Source: Kiritimatiellia bacterium
GTDB taxonomy: Bacteria > Verrucomicrobiota > Kiritimatiellia > RFP12 > JAAYLN01
Assembly: GCA_045627605.1 (NCBI GenBank)
Contig: JAZQOA010000072.1
Coordinates: 28,005 to 92,004, forward strand
DNA length: 64,000 nt
Reading direction: 5' to 3'
Shown: piece by piece, positions 33,331-42,448 of the stretch
Layout of the letters: each line of letters begins with the position of its first letter
How positions within the stretch are numbered: the stretch's first letter is position 1
Notes under the pieces: model-generated
What the model saw: only the letters and a program-made list of their open reading frames with translations
Told to the model about the DNA's origin: nothing
The model's database searches: none
Position numbers and translations under genes: made by a program

Positions 33331-36300
33331 CTATTCGTCGAGGGAGAGGTCGCCGAAGTCCGATTCGGCTTCGAGGTCGAGCGAGGCGGCGGCGTCGGTC
33401 TTGGTGGATTTCCGCGTCGCCTTGGTGAGGGAGACGACGATGCGGGAGATGCGGTTGTAGAGGTCCTTGCCCTCCTCCTTGTCGATCATCGGGATCATGT
33501 CGGCGTAGGCCTGCTGGGCGCGGCGGAAGTTTTTGGCGAGGCGGGCGCTGTCGCCGGTCTTCTCGAGGATTTTCATGCGGTTGTAGCCGGCGTCGTCGAT
33601 GCTGTCGTAGGATTTCACGGCCCTGGCGTATTCCCCGAGCTTGACGAGGGCGTCGCCGCGGCGCTCGAGGACGGGGTAGGTGACGGGGCCTTTGAGCTGT
33701 TTGGGCGTGCCGAAGGCGAGGAAGTCGTCGCAGAGCTGGACGAACCGGGCGGCGCGTCCGCCGCGGAGCATGCCGTCGGCGAGGGCGCAGAGGAGGTCGG
33801 CGCGCGCCTTGGTCGCGAAGCGCCTTTCCCCAAGGGCCTCGCCGTAGAGTTTTTCCGCGGCGTCGAGCGCGGCCGGCGTGGGCGACCAGTCGAATTCAGA
33901 GGGGGCGACGATGGTCCGCATGAGACCGAGGTAGGCCTTGGCCTTGACATCGGCGGAGGCGCGTGGATCGGCGACGATGCCGCGGAAGACCTGGGCCGCG
34001 CTTTCGTCGTCGAGGAGCAGGCGGCGGATGTCCGCGAGCTCGAACTGGGCGTCGCGGAGCTTGCCCTCCTCGACGTCGGGCATTGCGACGGCGCGTTCGA
34101 GGAGTGGGAGGGCGAGGTCGCACATGTGCCTCGACTTCAGTTTCGCGGCCTCGTCGACGAGGGCGTCGAAGGACGCCGGTTCGGGGAGTTCCGCGACGAA
34201 CATCCCGGCGGCGGGGGGCGGCGGGGCGATGGTCTTCGCCTTGGGCGCGGTTTCGGCGGGGGCGGCGGGAAACTGGGCGATGCGCGCCGCCATTTCGGCG
34301 CGGAAGGCATCGAGGTCCATGGTTTCGGGATCGCATGTGTCAAGCCAGAAGAGGCTTTCCCGGGCGGACTGCGCGATGGCCTTGTCGGCGGATTTCATGG
34401 CGTTTTCGCAGCGCATGCGGAGGAGCGTGGCGTAGCGGATGTCGTCGAAGCCCTCGCGCATGCCTTCCCAGGCGACGGTGTCGAGGACGCCGTCGGCGGT
34501 CGGGTATACGATGTTGAAGTTCTTGTAGCGTCCGGGCAGGATGTTGTCGTTCCAGATGTCGAAGCCCTCGTACCAGACGTATTCGGCGATTCCGTCGTAA
34601 TTGGCCACGTACATGCGCATGCCCTTGTTGCGGCGCCAGGTCTCGGGATTCTTCGGACCCGTGAAGGGCGCCGCATAGCTGAACATAAGTGCGTTGGCGT
34701 CGTGCCACTCGGCGGCAACCGACCCCCGGATCGAGGCGGCGAAGTCGTTGCAGTCGACCGCGAAGTTGGCGTACGGGGCGACGCCCGAGGTGATGAAGGA
34801 CTTGAAGCCGTACTTGCCGAGGATGCTGAAAAAGGGAAATTCCTCGCGGTCAGTCGCCGGCCCGGCCTCGTCCCATCCGTAGAAGGTGGCGTTGCGGTGG
34901 TCGAGGACTTCGTCGTAGCGTTTGGCGACGTACTGCACGGTCTTCTCGTACTTGGCCTTGCAGCGTTCGAGCTTTTCGGGCGTGTTGTTTTTCGCGGGAT
35001 CGCCGCCGCAGGTGATTTCCCCGATCCAGTCCTGCTCGAAGGCCGCGCCGCCGCCGAACATGAAGCCGAGGTCGCCGCCCGCGTTGCCGAGGAGCCTGTA
35101 CTCGCGTTCGGCGAGCTTGTCCGCGACCGGGTCGGTCTGCGAGAAGGAGGCGACGAAGGGGTGGAGGATGTTGTGTTCGGCCATGTTCCTCATTTCGGCC
35201 GAGAAGCGCTTTTCGGCGAGGACGAGCGAATGGCCCATTTCAAGCTGGATTGAGAGTCCGCAGTGGTTCATCATGCCGCCGATGTACTCGCGGCCCAGGT
35301 CGTATCGCGTGGCGGCGCGGGGAAGCTTGAAGGGGAGGATTTCGACTTCGAGCGGGATCGAACCCGCGGGAGCGCCGTCCGCGGCGAACGCGATGGAAGT
35401 CCTGTAGAGGCCGGGGGCGGCTTCGGCGGGGGCGTGGACCGTGATCCAGAACTGCTTGTTCTCGCCAAAGGCGAGCGAGACGTTCGCGGGCATCGGGCCC
35501 TTGGTGTCCGCGACGGGCGAGTTGACATAGTTGAAGGGCGTCGTTTTGGACTGGACGCCGGGCTTTGAGATGTCTACGTAGCGCGAGCCGCTCTTGTAGT
35601 CGACGCGGAGGAAATTCCTGCGCTTCGCCTTGTCCGCGACGATCAGCGAGTCGTCATGCAGGAGGATTTCCGATGCAAGGGTGTTGAATTCGGAGCCGAC
35701 GTGGAAATAGGAGTTCCAGACGCCGAAGGGGGTGTACCAGCATTTCACGAGGCGGATGTCGAGTGCGTCCCGTGGGAGTTCCGCGCCATTGCCGGAGACC
35801 GGGGGCCTGGCTTCGACCGCGAGGTCGCGGATGTCGCCGAGCGGGTGGAGCATGAAGGTGGCGGACTCGAACTCGCCTTGCGCGAGAATGAGTCGGAGCT
35901 TTGCGGTGGGCGCGGCGTCGGCGGGCAGGACGAAGGGCAGGCGTTTTTCGGCGGAATAGGGATAGAAGGTCGAGGCGACGAACTTGTCGCCCGTGCCGTT
36001 TGCCGCGTCCGCGAGCTTGGCGAGGGCGGGGAGGTCGCGGGCGACGCGCGCGTAGGCCTGCCAGTCGCGAATGTCGGCGGGCTTGTCCGCGAGGGCTGCG
36101 ATTTTGTCCGCGAGGGCAGAGCAGGCCGCGCCGAATTTGGCGTTGCCCGCCTGCTTTTGGGCGGCGTATTTCGCGGCGAGCGCGGTGGCCGCGGCCTTCG
36201 CGGGCGCGAACCGAAGGAGCTCGTCGCGCGTGAGGGCGCGGTTCCAGACGCGGGGCGAGGCGACTGCGCCCTTGAAGCCTTTGGCACCGAATGGCGCGAA

Positions 36301-36846
36301 AAGGCTCTTCAAGTCAATTGGCGACGGCAGGTCGGCGTCGATGGATTTCGCCGCCATTTGCTCCTGGCCGTCGAAATAGACGGAGTAGGCGAGGTTCGAG
36401 AGCGAGAAGACATAGGCGAGGTGGTGCCATTCGCCAGGCGCGACGCGGTGCTCGATGTGCGACCACGCCTCGAAGACGCCGAAGTCGGTCGGGTTGGTCT
36501 TGAGGTTGAGGCGCACGGGCGCGAAGTCGTAGGGCGGCTTGACCGTCTTGAAGCCGAAAGCGACATCGGCCTCGGACGGGGCGTCCATCCTGAACCAAAA
36601 GGAGGCGGAAACCTCCTCGCCCGACATCTTGGACGCCTTGTCGCCCAAGGCGGGTGCGGCGCCCTTGGCGGACGTCCCGTCGAAGACGAGTGCGTCGGCG
36701 CCGTCTGGCGCGGCGGCCTTGGCGACGGTCATGCCGTCCGCCACGAGCGGGGTGAGATCCCGCGGCGCGAAGACGGGGGGCGTGTCCGCAGGCATTGGTG
36801 CGGCAAGGAGGCCTGCCGCGATGAAAAATGGAATGGTGGGCTTCAT
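33331..36846 (-). CDS. large secreted protein: LamG-like lectin domain + DUF4091-like putative glycoside-hydrolase region + C-terminal TPR-like repeats
   Basis: 1171 aa from the ATG at 36846 with a signal peptide. FWFRMD...PRVWNRALTRDELL (LamG-like), AWEGMREGFDDIRYATLL (DUF4091-like), helical repeat C-terminus. Confidence 0.65.
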   Translation of the reverse strand: MKPTIPFFIAAGLLAAPMPADTPPVFAPRDLTPLVADGMTVAKAAAPDGADALVFDGTSAKGAAPALGDKASKMSGEEVSASFWFRMDAPSEADVAFGFKTVKPPYDFAPVRLNLKTNPTDFGVFEAWSHIEHRVAPGEWHHLAYVFSLSNLAYSVYFDGQEQMAAKSIDADLPSPIDLKSLFAPFGAKGFKGAVASPRVWNRALTRDELLRFAPAKAAATALAAKYAAQKQAGNAKFGAACSALADKIAALADKPADIRDWQAYARVARDLPALAKLADAANGTGDKFVASTFYPYSAEKRLPFVLPADAAPTAKLRLILAQGEFESATFMLHPLGDIRDLAVEARPPVSGNGAELPRDALDIRLVKCWYTPFGVWNSYFHVGSEFNTLASEILLHDDSLIVADKAKRRNFLRVDYKSGSRYVDISKPGVQSKTTPFNYVNSPVADTKGPMPANVSLAFGENKQFWITVHAPAEAAPGLYRTSIAFAADGAPAGSIPLEVEILPFKLPRAATRYDLGREYIGGMMNHCGLSIQLEMGHSLVLAEKRFSAEMRNMAEHNILHPFVASFSQTDPVADKLAEREYRLLGNAGGDLGFMFGGGAAFEQDWIGEITCGGDPAKNNTPEKLERCKAKYEKTVQYVAKRYDEVLDHRNATFYGWDEAGPATDREEFPFFSILGKYGFKSFITSGVAPYANFAVDCNDFAASIRGSVAAEWHDANALMFSYAAPFTGPKNPETWRRNKGMRMYVANYDGIAEYVWYEGFDIWNDNILPGRYKNFNIVYPTADGVLDTVAWEGMREGFDDIRYATLLRMRCENAMKSADKAIAQSARESLFWLDTCDPETMDLDAFRAEMAARIAQFPAAPAETAPKAKTIAPPPPAAGMFVAELPEPASFDALVDEAAKLKSRHMCDLALPLLERAVAMPDVEEGKLRDAQFELADIRRLLLDDESAAQVFRGIVADPRASADVKAKAYLGLMRTIVAPSEFDWSPTPAALDAAEKLYGEALGERRFATKARADLLCALADGMLRGGRAARFVQLCDDFLAFGTPKQLKGPVTYPVLERRGDALVKLGEYARAVKSYDSIDDAGYNRMKILEKTGDSARLAKNFRRAQQAYADMIPMIDKEEGKDLYNRISRIVVSLTKATRKSTKTDAAASLDLEAESDFGDLSLDE

Positions 36847-37045
36847 AAGCTGCGCCTTGGTTTTGTTCGGGCATCCACGGGGATTGCCCGGTGATGCCGG
36901 TGTCCGATCATTGTGCAAACTGCCGAACGGACCGTGCCGTTGGACTTGCCGGCATTGATCCCTTCTTCAAGTTCGCCTGGGGCTCAAGTCCCCGGTTTCA
37001 CAAGGGGCGCCCACCTGTGGCGTGGACGTCGCGGCGGATGCCCGC

Positions 37046-38227
37046 CTACTTGAACATGCGGAGGGCGTATTCGATTGCGAGCATGGAGTAGGAGGTGCAG
37101 AGCACGGGGTCGTTTTCCCAGAAGCGGTTGTTGTCATTGGCCCAGGAGCCGTCTTCCTTTTGGAGCGCGACCACCTTTTCAAGGAGTTCGTCGCGCCACT
37201 TCACGGCGGGCTGGCCTTCCTTGGCCGAGGGCAGTTCATTGACGTCGAGGAGCGAGAGGGCGCGGGCCATGATCGTGTAGTAGTAGTAGAGCCCCTGGGC
37301 GCCCATGCCGGGATTCTCGTCGACCGTCCAGTGGCGGCGGGTGTAGTCGACGGCCGAAACGACGCGCGGGTCGTCGCGCCCGAGTTGGGCGAAGATCATG
37401 GCCTCGAGTCCGGAGTAGGTGATGCTGCCGTACGAGCGGAGGGGCGGACGCTTCCCCGGCGACGCGGCCGCTGCGCCTTCGGGGCGTTTGCCCTTCATGC
37501 CTTCGGGCGGGGCCGGTGGCTTGCCCGATTCACGCTTGTAGAGGAAGCCGCCCTTGTCGTCGGGATCGGCGCCCTTTTCGCCGTCCTTGATCTGCATCTT
37601 CTCGACGAAGGAGAGGGCGGCGTCCCAGTCGATGTCGACCTTTTTCTCGCCGGCGGGGCGCTGCTCCTCGACGTCCTGCGTGACGCGCATGGCGGCGATG
37701 CACCAGGCGGAGTTGTTGAGGTCTGCGTACCCGCCCGGGGAGTTTTTCTCGTAGCCGAAGCCGCCGGCGGTTGCGGCGCCGTCGTCGCCGGTGAGCTGCG
37801 TCGCGGCGACATACTCGCGCGCCTTCTGGATGATGCGCGTGGAGCCGGCGTTGTCGGCGTAGTGCAGGGCGGTCATGCAGATCGCGGTGTTGTAGGTGCC
37901 GAGCGCACCGCCGCGGCGACCGGGGACGGTGACGTAGATGCCGCCGTCGGGCTGGCTGCAGGCGCGGACGAATTCAGCCGCCTTGGCGACGGCATCCTTG
38001 TTGGCGCCCGTGCCGGAAAGCGCCCAGGCGGGCAGCGCGGTGAGGGCGGGGAAGGTCGGGTTTGACCACACGCCGTTGGTGCCCTGTTGCGCGACGAGCC
38101 ATGCCGCGCCCTTGGCGAGGCTGGCCTTGGCCCGTGCTTCAAGGGGGGCGGGTTGCGTGGCGTCCGCCGCCAAGAGCGAAGAGGCGGCGAGCATCGCCGC
38201 CGCAAAAGCGAAATGTTGTTTCCTCAT
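37046..38227 (-). CDS. secreted prenyltransferase/squalene-oxidase-repeat (alpha/alpha-toroid) protein
   Basis: 393 aa from the ATG at 38227, with GGAGGA SD and a signal peptide. Repeats QQGTNGVWS, QPDGGIY, GGFGY and QKEDGSWAND. Confidence 0.7.
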   Translation of the reverse strand: MRKQHFAFAAAMLAASSLLAADATQPAPLEARAKASLAKGAAWLVAQQGTNGVWSNPTFPALTALPAWALSGTGANKDAVAKAAEFVRACSQPDGGIYVTVPGRRGGALGTYNTAICMTALHYADNAGSTRIIQKAREYVAATQLTGDDGAATAGGFGYEKNSPGGYADLNNSAWCIAAMRVTQDVEEQRPAGEKKVDIDWDAALSFVEKMQIKDGEKGADPDDKGGFLYKRESGKPPAPPEGMKGKRPEGAAAASPGKRPPLRSYGSITYSGLEAMIFAQLGRDDPRVVSAVDYTRRHWTVDENPGMGAQGLYYYYTIMARALSLLDVNELPSAKEGQPAVKWRDELLEKVVALQKEDGSWANDNNRFWENDPVLCTSYSMLAIEYALRMFK

Positions 38228-38289
38228 GTTTCCTCCTGTTGTCCGCGGATTGCGGGAAGTGAATGTTTTCCTTCCATTATAAACGAATT

Positions 38290-39342
38290 TTATCCCTCGA
38301 GGCTTGAGAAGCGGTATTCCGTCACGGTGCGGTAGGTCTCGCCGGGGCGGAGCGTGGTGGTGGGGAAGTCCGGGCGGTTGGGCGTGTTCGGGTAGTGCTG
38401 CGTTTCGAGCGCGAGGTAACTGCGGCGGGCGAGGGGAAGCCCGTTCTTCATCGTCCAGCCATCCTTGATGAAGTTGCCGGCGTAGAACTGTACGCCGACT
38501 TGGTCGGACCACACTTCCATCGCGACTTTTTCACCGCGCATTTCCGCGATTTTCCGGAACCCCGAGCCGTTGAGGCACCAGTTGTGGTCGTAGCCGGGGC
38601 CGAACTGCAGCACGGGATCGGGATCGTCGATGCGTTCACCGACCTTGTGGAAGGCGCGGAAGTCGAAGGGCGTGCCCGCGACGGGGCGCGGGTCGCCGAC
38701 GGGTTTGAGGTTGGCGTCGACGGCGAGGAAGGTGTCGGCGTCGATCATCAGCTCCTGGTCGAGGATTGTGCCGGCGCCATTCATGTTGAAGTAGGCGTGC
38801 TGGGTCATGTTGATTGGGGTGGGCTTGGTCGTTGTCGCCTCGTATTCAATGCGCCAGGCGTTGCCCGCCGTCACGGTGTAGGTGACTTTGGCGTCGATGG
38901 CGCCGGGATAGCCCTCCTCGCCATCGGGAAAGGACTTCGAGAAAACGATGCCGACGTCGTCGCCGCGTGAGAAAGGGGCGGCGTCCCAGACGTATTTGTC
39001 CCAGCCGCGGCGTCCGCCATGAAGGGAGGCGCAGTGTTTGGCGTCGTTGCAGAAAAGTGTGTAGTCCTTGCCGTCGAGCGAGAACTTGCCGTTTGCAATG
39101 CGGTTGCCGAAACGCCCGATGATGGCGCCGAAGAAGGCGTCGGAGTTTTCCCAGCCGGCGGGGGAGTCAAAACCGACAGTGACATCCGTGGACTTGCCGT
39201 CCTTGCCCGGTACGAGCAGGCGGTTGATTCGCCCGCCGTAGTTGGTGACCTCGAGCACGAGGCCGCCTTTCCCGCGAAGGGTCCAGATCGACGCCTTCTC
39301 GCCGAATTTCGTTGTGCCAAATGGTTTTTCTGAGAAGTCCAT
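38290..39342 (-). CDS. galM: aldose 1-epimerase (galactose mutarotase)
   Basis: 350 aa. NRIANGKF, LHGG..GWDK.VW, HAYFN and ETQHYPN motifs of the mutarotase family. Confidence 0.85.
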   Translation of the reverse strand: MDFSEKPFGTTKFGEKASIWTLRGKGGLVLEVTNYGGRINRLLVPGKDGKSTDVTVGFDSPAGWENSDAFFGAIIGRFGNRIANGKFSLDGKDYTLFCNDAKHCASLHGGRRGWDKYVWDAAPFSRGDDVGIVFSKSFPDGEEGYPGAIDAKVTYTVTAGNAWRIEYEATTTKPTPINMTQHAYFNMNGAGTILDQELMIDADTFLAVDANLKPVGDPRPVAGTPFDFRAFHKVGERIDDPDPVLQFGPGYDHNWCLNGSGFRKIAEMRGEKVAMEVWSDQVGVQFYAGNFIKDGWTMKNGLPLARRSYLALETQHYPNTPNRPDFPTTTLRPGETYRTVTEYRFSSLEG

Positions 39343-39432
39343 GGATGAGGTTCCTTTTTGCTAATTGGATGAAACGCCGAAAATGATTATAGCATTTTTC
39401 AGGACGCACGCCGAGAGGCTTCGCTTCGGCTC

Positions 39433-39502
39433 GATGCTCAGATGCTCGGATGCTCGATGTTCGGATGCTCTGATGCTCGATGTTCGGATGCTCGGATGCT
39501 CT
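39433..39502. repeat. 7-8-nt tandem array (GATGCTCN) x 9 in a divergent promoter region
   Basis: GATGCTCA GATGCTCG GATGCTC GATGTTCG GATGCTCT GATGCTC GATGTTCG GATGCTCG GATGCTCT, between galM (start 39342, minus) and the SGNH gene (start 39583, plus). Confidence 0.85.
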
Positions 39503-39582
39503 GCGACCGCGGGCGTTGACATGATTTGTGAAGTTTGCCATAATTTTCAAAAATCCATTTTTGCAGCAAAGGGAGCGGAACA

Positions 39583-40455
39583 ATGAAAATGCATCATGTA
39601 GTGGCCGCGGCAGTTTTCCTGGCGGCGTTTGCGGCGCAGGCGGAATTCATCGTCAAGAGCGGTGATGTACTCGCCTTTCTGGGCGATTCGATCACCCAGC
39701 AAGGGCAGGGATTGCCTGTCGGGTACGTCAACCTCGTGTTGCATTCGCTCACGAAGGAAGGGGTCGATGTGAAACCCGTCAAGGCTGGCATTTCCGGGCA
39801 CAAGTCCGACAACATGCTCGGGCGGCTTGATCGCGATGTCCTTGGCAAGGGCGCGAAGGTCATGACGTTGTCGTGCGGCGTCAACGACGTGTGGCACCAG
39901 GACGGCGGGCGCGGCGTCCTGCTCGACGCCTTCAAGACGAACGTGACCGCGATCCTCGACAAGTGCGCCGCCTCCAACTGCACGGTGGTGGTGATGACGG
40001 CGTCGATGTTCCAGTACCACGGCTGGGAAAAGGACCCCCACAACGTGAAGCTCGCGCCCTACAACGACTTCCTGCGCGAAATCGCCGCCGCGCGCAAGCT
40101 CCCGCTTGCGGACGTCAACAAGGCGATGTGGGAAGCCTATGCCGCCGATCCCGAGGGACGGCTCACGGCGGATGGCGTCCACATGAACTGGTCGGGCAAT
40201 TTCCTGATGGCGAAATGCGTCCTCGCCGCGCTTGGGGCCGACGCCGCGAAGCTTGCGGCCTATGAGCGCGATTGGCGCGCAATTATTGGCGGCTCGGAAC
40301 TGAAAATTCCGCTTTCAATCGACGAGATGGACAAGCTCAAGGCCGCTGCCGGCCAAATGGGCGAATCCAGTCAGGTTGCCGACTTCGTCCGTGTGCGCTG
40401 TGGACTCACGGATGGCCGCGGTTCGCATGCCCCGATGCCGGAGCCTGTCAAGTGA
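39583..40455 (+). CDS. secreted SGNH/GDSL hydrolase
   Basis: 290 aa with a signal peptide. LAFLGDSITQQG, CGVNDV and DGVHMN blocks. Confidence 0.8.
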   Translation: MKMHHVVAAAVFLAAFAAQAEFIVKSGDVLAFLGDSITQQGQGLPVGYVNLVLHSLTKEGVDVKPVKAGISGHKSDNMLGRLDRDVLGKGAKVMTLSCGVNDVWHQDGGRGVLLDAFKTNVTAILDKCAASNCTVVVMTASMFQYHGWEKDPHNVKLAPYNDFLREIAAARKLPLADVNKAMWEAYAADPEGRLTADGVHMNWSGNFLMAKCVLAALGADAAKLAAYERDWRAIIGGSELKIPLSIDEMDKLKAAAGQMGESSQVADFVRVRCGLTDGRGSHAPMPEPVK

Positions 40456-40499
40456 GTTCCGCCTTGCCCCCGGCAGAATTTGGAAAGAGTCTGTCGTCA

Positions 40500-42419
40500 A
40501 TGCGTACCCGTTTTCTGGCGTGTGCCGCCCTTGCCGTTGCCGTCCCCGTCCTGGTCTTTGGCAAGGCCTCGTTTTTTTACGTTTCGACCAACGACATCCA
40601 CGCGGTCGAGGGCTCTGATCTCGGCTGGGGCACGTACGTGACGGATGACGGCGTCGCGCATGACGCCTACACGAACCTGCAGCAGGTGATCCAGTACTGC
40701 AACGACAATGGCTTCGGCGGCAGCACGATCTGGATCGAGGACGGCTTCGTTGTTTCGGAAGGCGGCTCCGGCGGGTATCGCATCAGGTGCATCGGCTGGA
40801 GCGAGTCGCTCACGCTCCGCAGCCGGTCCGGCGACTGGCGCACGGGCGCGGAGATCCGCGGGGACGCGGCGACAAGGTGCGTGTACGGACAGGGGTCAGA
40901 CACCTTCATCGGGTTGCGCATCGTCGGGGGAACGGCGACGGACGGTGACGGTGGCGGCATCAACGTCACGGGCTCATACGGCGTCAACCTCGTGAACTGC
41001 CTGGTGGCGGACTGCACGGCGAACGGCAATGGCGGAGGCTATTTCTGCAAGTCCTCGGGTAGGACGATCACCAACTGCGTCTTCACCAACAATGTCTGCA
41101 TCGGCGGCAGCGGGGCCTGCCTGAGCGGCGTCCATAACGTCTATGACAGCACATTCGATGATTGCCACGCGTCCGGTTCGGGGTGGAGCAACGGGAACGC
41201 TGGCGGAATCTCCGGCGCGAAGGTCGTGAGCAACTGCACGTTCACCGCCTGCACGGCGAGCAACCCCTCGCAGATCAACCACGCCTCGCACCAGGCGGGC
41301 GGCGGCGGTGCGCTTGACAACTGCACACTGGTGATGGACTGCGCCTTCACAAACTGCACGGCGAGCGCGGGTGGCGGGGCGCTTGCGCGTTGCGGCGGCG
41401 GCTTCGGCCTCTCGATCTACAAGTGCCAGTCGGGCCGCGGCGGGGGCGGCATTTCGGGCGGCAGCTGGGCGGACTGCTCGATCATCAGCTGCGGCGACAC
41501 GAACCAGCCTGCCGCCGCGAAGTGGACCGCCGGTGGCGTGGAGTCCCTGACGTTCGGCGAGCGGCTGGTTATCTCGAACTGCTTCACGAAGAGCTATGGC
41601 GGCGGGGCGTACAATTCGACGCTTGTGGATTCGCTCATCGTCGGCAATGTCGCCAGCAATTCCGCAGTTACGACATCGGGCGGCGGTCTTCACACCTGCA
41701 CGGCCACGAACTGCTGGATCATCTGCAATCGGGCGATGGGGTCGCTCGCGCAGCGCGGCGACGCGACGCATGGCGGGGCGGGCGGCGCCCACAACTCGAC
41801 GCTGGTCGGGTGTCTCGTCTCCAACAACGTGGCGTTCGCCCGCGGCGGCGGCATGGCGGGCGGGACGGCGCGGAACTGCATGATCGTCGACAACTACGCC
41901 TACGGGCAGGGCGGCGGGGCGTCGGAGAGCACGGCGTTCTACAACACGCTGATCGCGCGAAATACGGCGTCCGCCCAGGGCGGCATCTTCGCCTACGGCG
42001 TCGATAGCGTCCAGCTGGTCAACTCGACGGTAACGGCGAACACGAACCTGCAGACGACCGTGCAGTCGATCGTCAGCAAGGTCGCGATGACCAATTCCGT
42101 CGTATACGGCAACAAAATCACGGCGAGCAGCACGGAGGTCTCCAGTCTCATAGGCGCGGCCTGTTCGTGCTATCCGACCGCCATTGAAGGCGAGAACGGC
42201 AATACGGCCAGGGATCCTCGGCTCTGTACCTTTGAAGGCAAGGAATATGCCGCGACGGCACCGTGGTGCAAGGGCGACGGCATTGAACTCGCCTGGATGA
42301 CCGACCCATTGGACGCCCTCTCCAGGGACTGGTATGGTGACGCGCGTATTCGCGGATCGCACCCCGACATGGGGTGGGTTTCGTTGCGGAAAATCGCAAC
42401 GATCCTGCTCGTCAGGTAG
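40500..42419 (+). CDS. secreted right-handed parallel beta-helix repeat protein
   Basis: 639 aa from the ATG at 40500 with a signal peptide. Many N-C-x-F/V-x-x-N/C...GGG repeats of PbH1 type. Confidence 0.65.
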   Translation: MRTRFLACAALAVAVPVLVFGKASFFYVSTNDIHAVEGSDLGWGTYVTDDGVAHDAYTNLQQVIQYCNDNGFGGSTIWIEDGFVVSEGGSGGYRIRCIGWSESLTLRSRSGDWRTGAEIRGDAATRCVYGQGSDTFIGLRIVGGTATDGDGGGINVTGSYGVNLVNCLVADCTANGNGGGYFCKSSGRTITNCVFTNNVCIGGSGACLSGVHNVYDSTFDDCHASGSGWSNGNAGGISGAKVVSNCTFTACTASNPSQINHASHQAGGGGALDNCTLVMDCAFTNCTASAGGGALARCGGGFGLSIYKCQSGRGGGGISGGSWADCSIISCGDTNQPAAAKWTAGGVESLTFGERLVISNCFTKSYGGGAYNSTLVDSLIVGNVASNSAVTTSGGGLHTCTATNCWIICNRAMGSLAQRGDATHGGAGGAHNSTLVGCLVSNNVAFARGGGMAGGTARNCMIVDNYAYGQGGGASESTAFYNTLIARNTASAQGGIFAYGVDSVQLVNSTVTANTNLQTTVQSIVSKVAMTNSVVYGNKITASSTEVSSLIGAACSCYPTAIEGENGNTARDPRLCTFEGKEYAATAPWCKGDGIELAWMTDPLDALSRDWYGDARIRGSHPDMGWVSLRKIATILLVR

Positions 42420-42448
42420 GCGGACGCCAGATGGGCTTCGAGGCTTGA

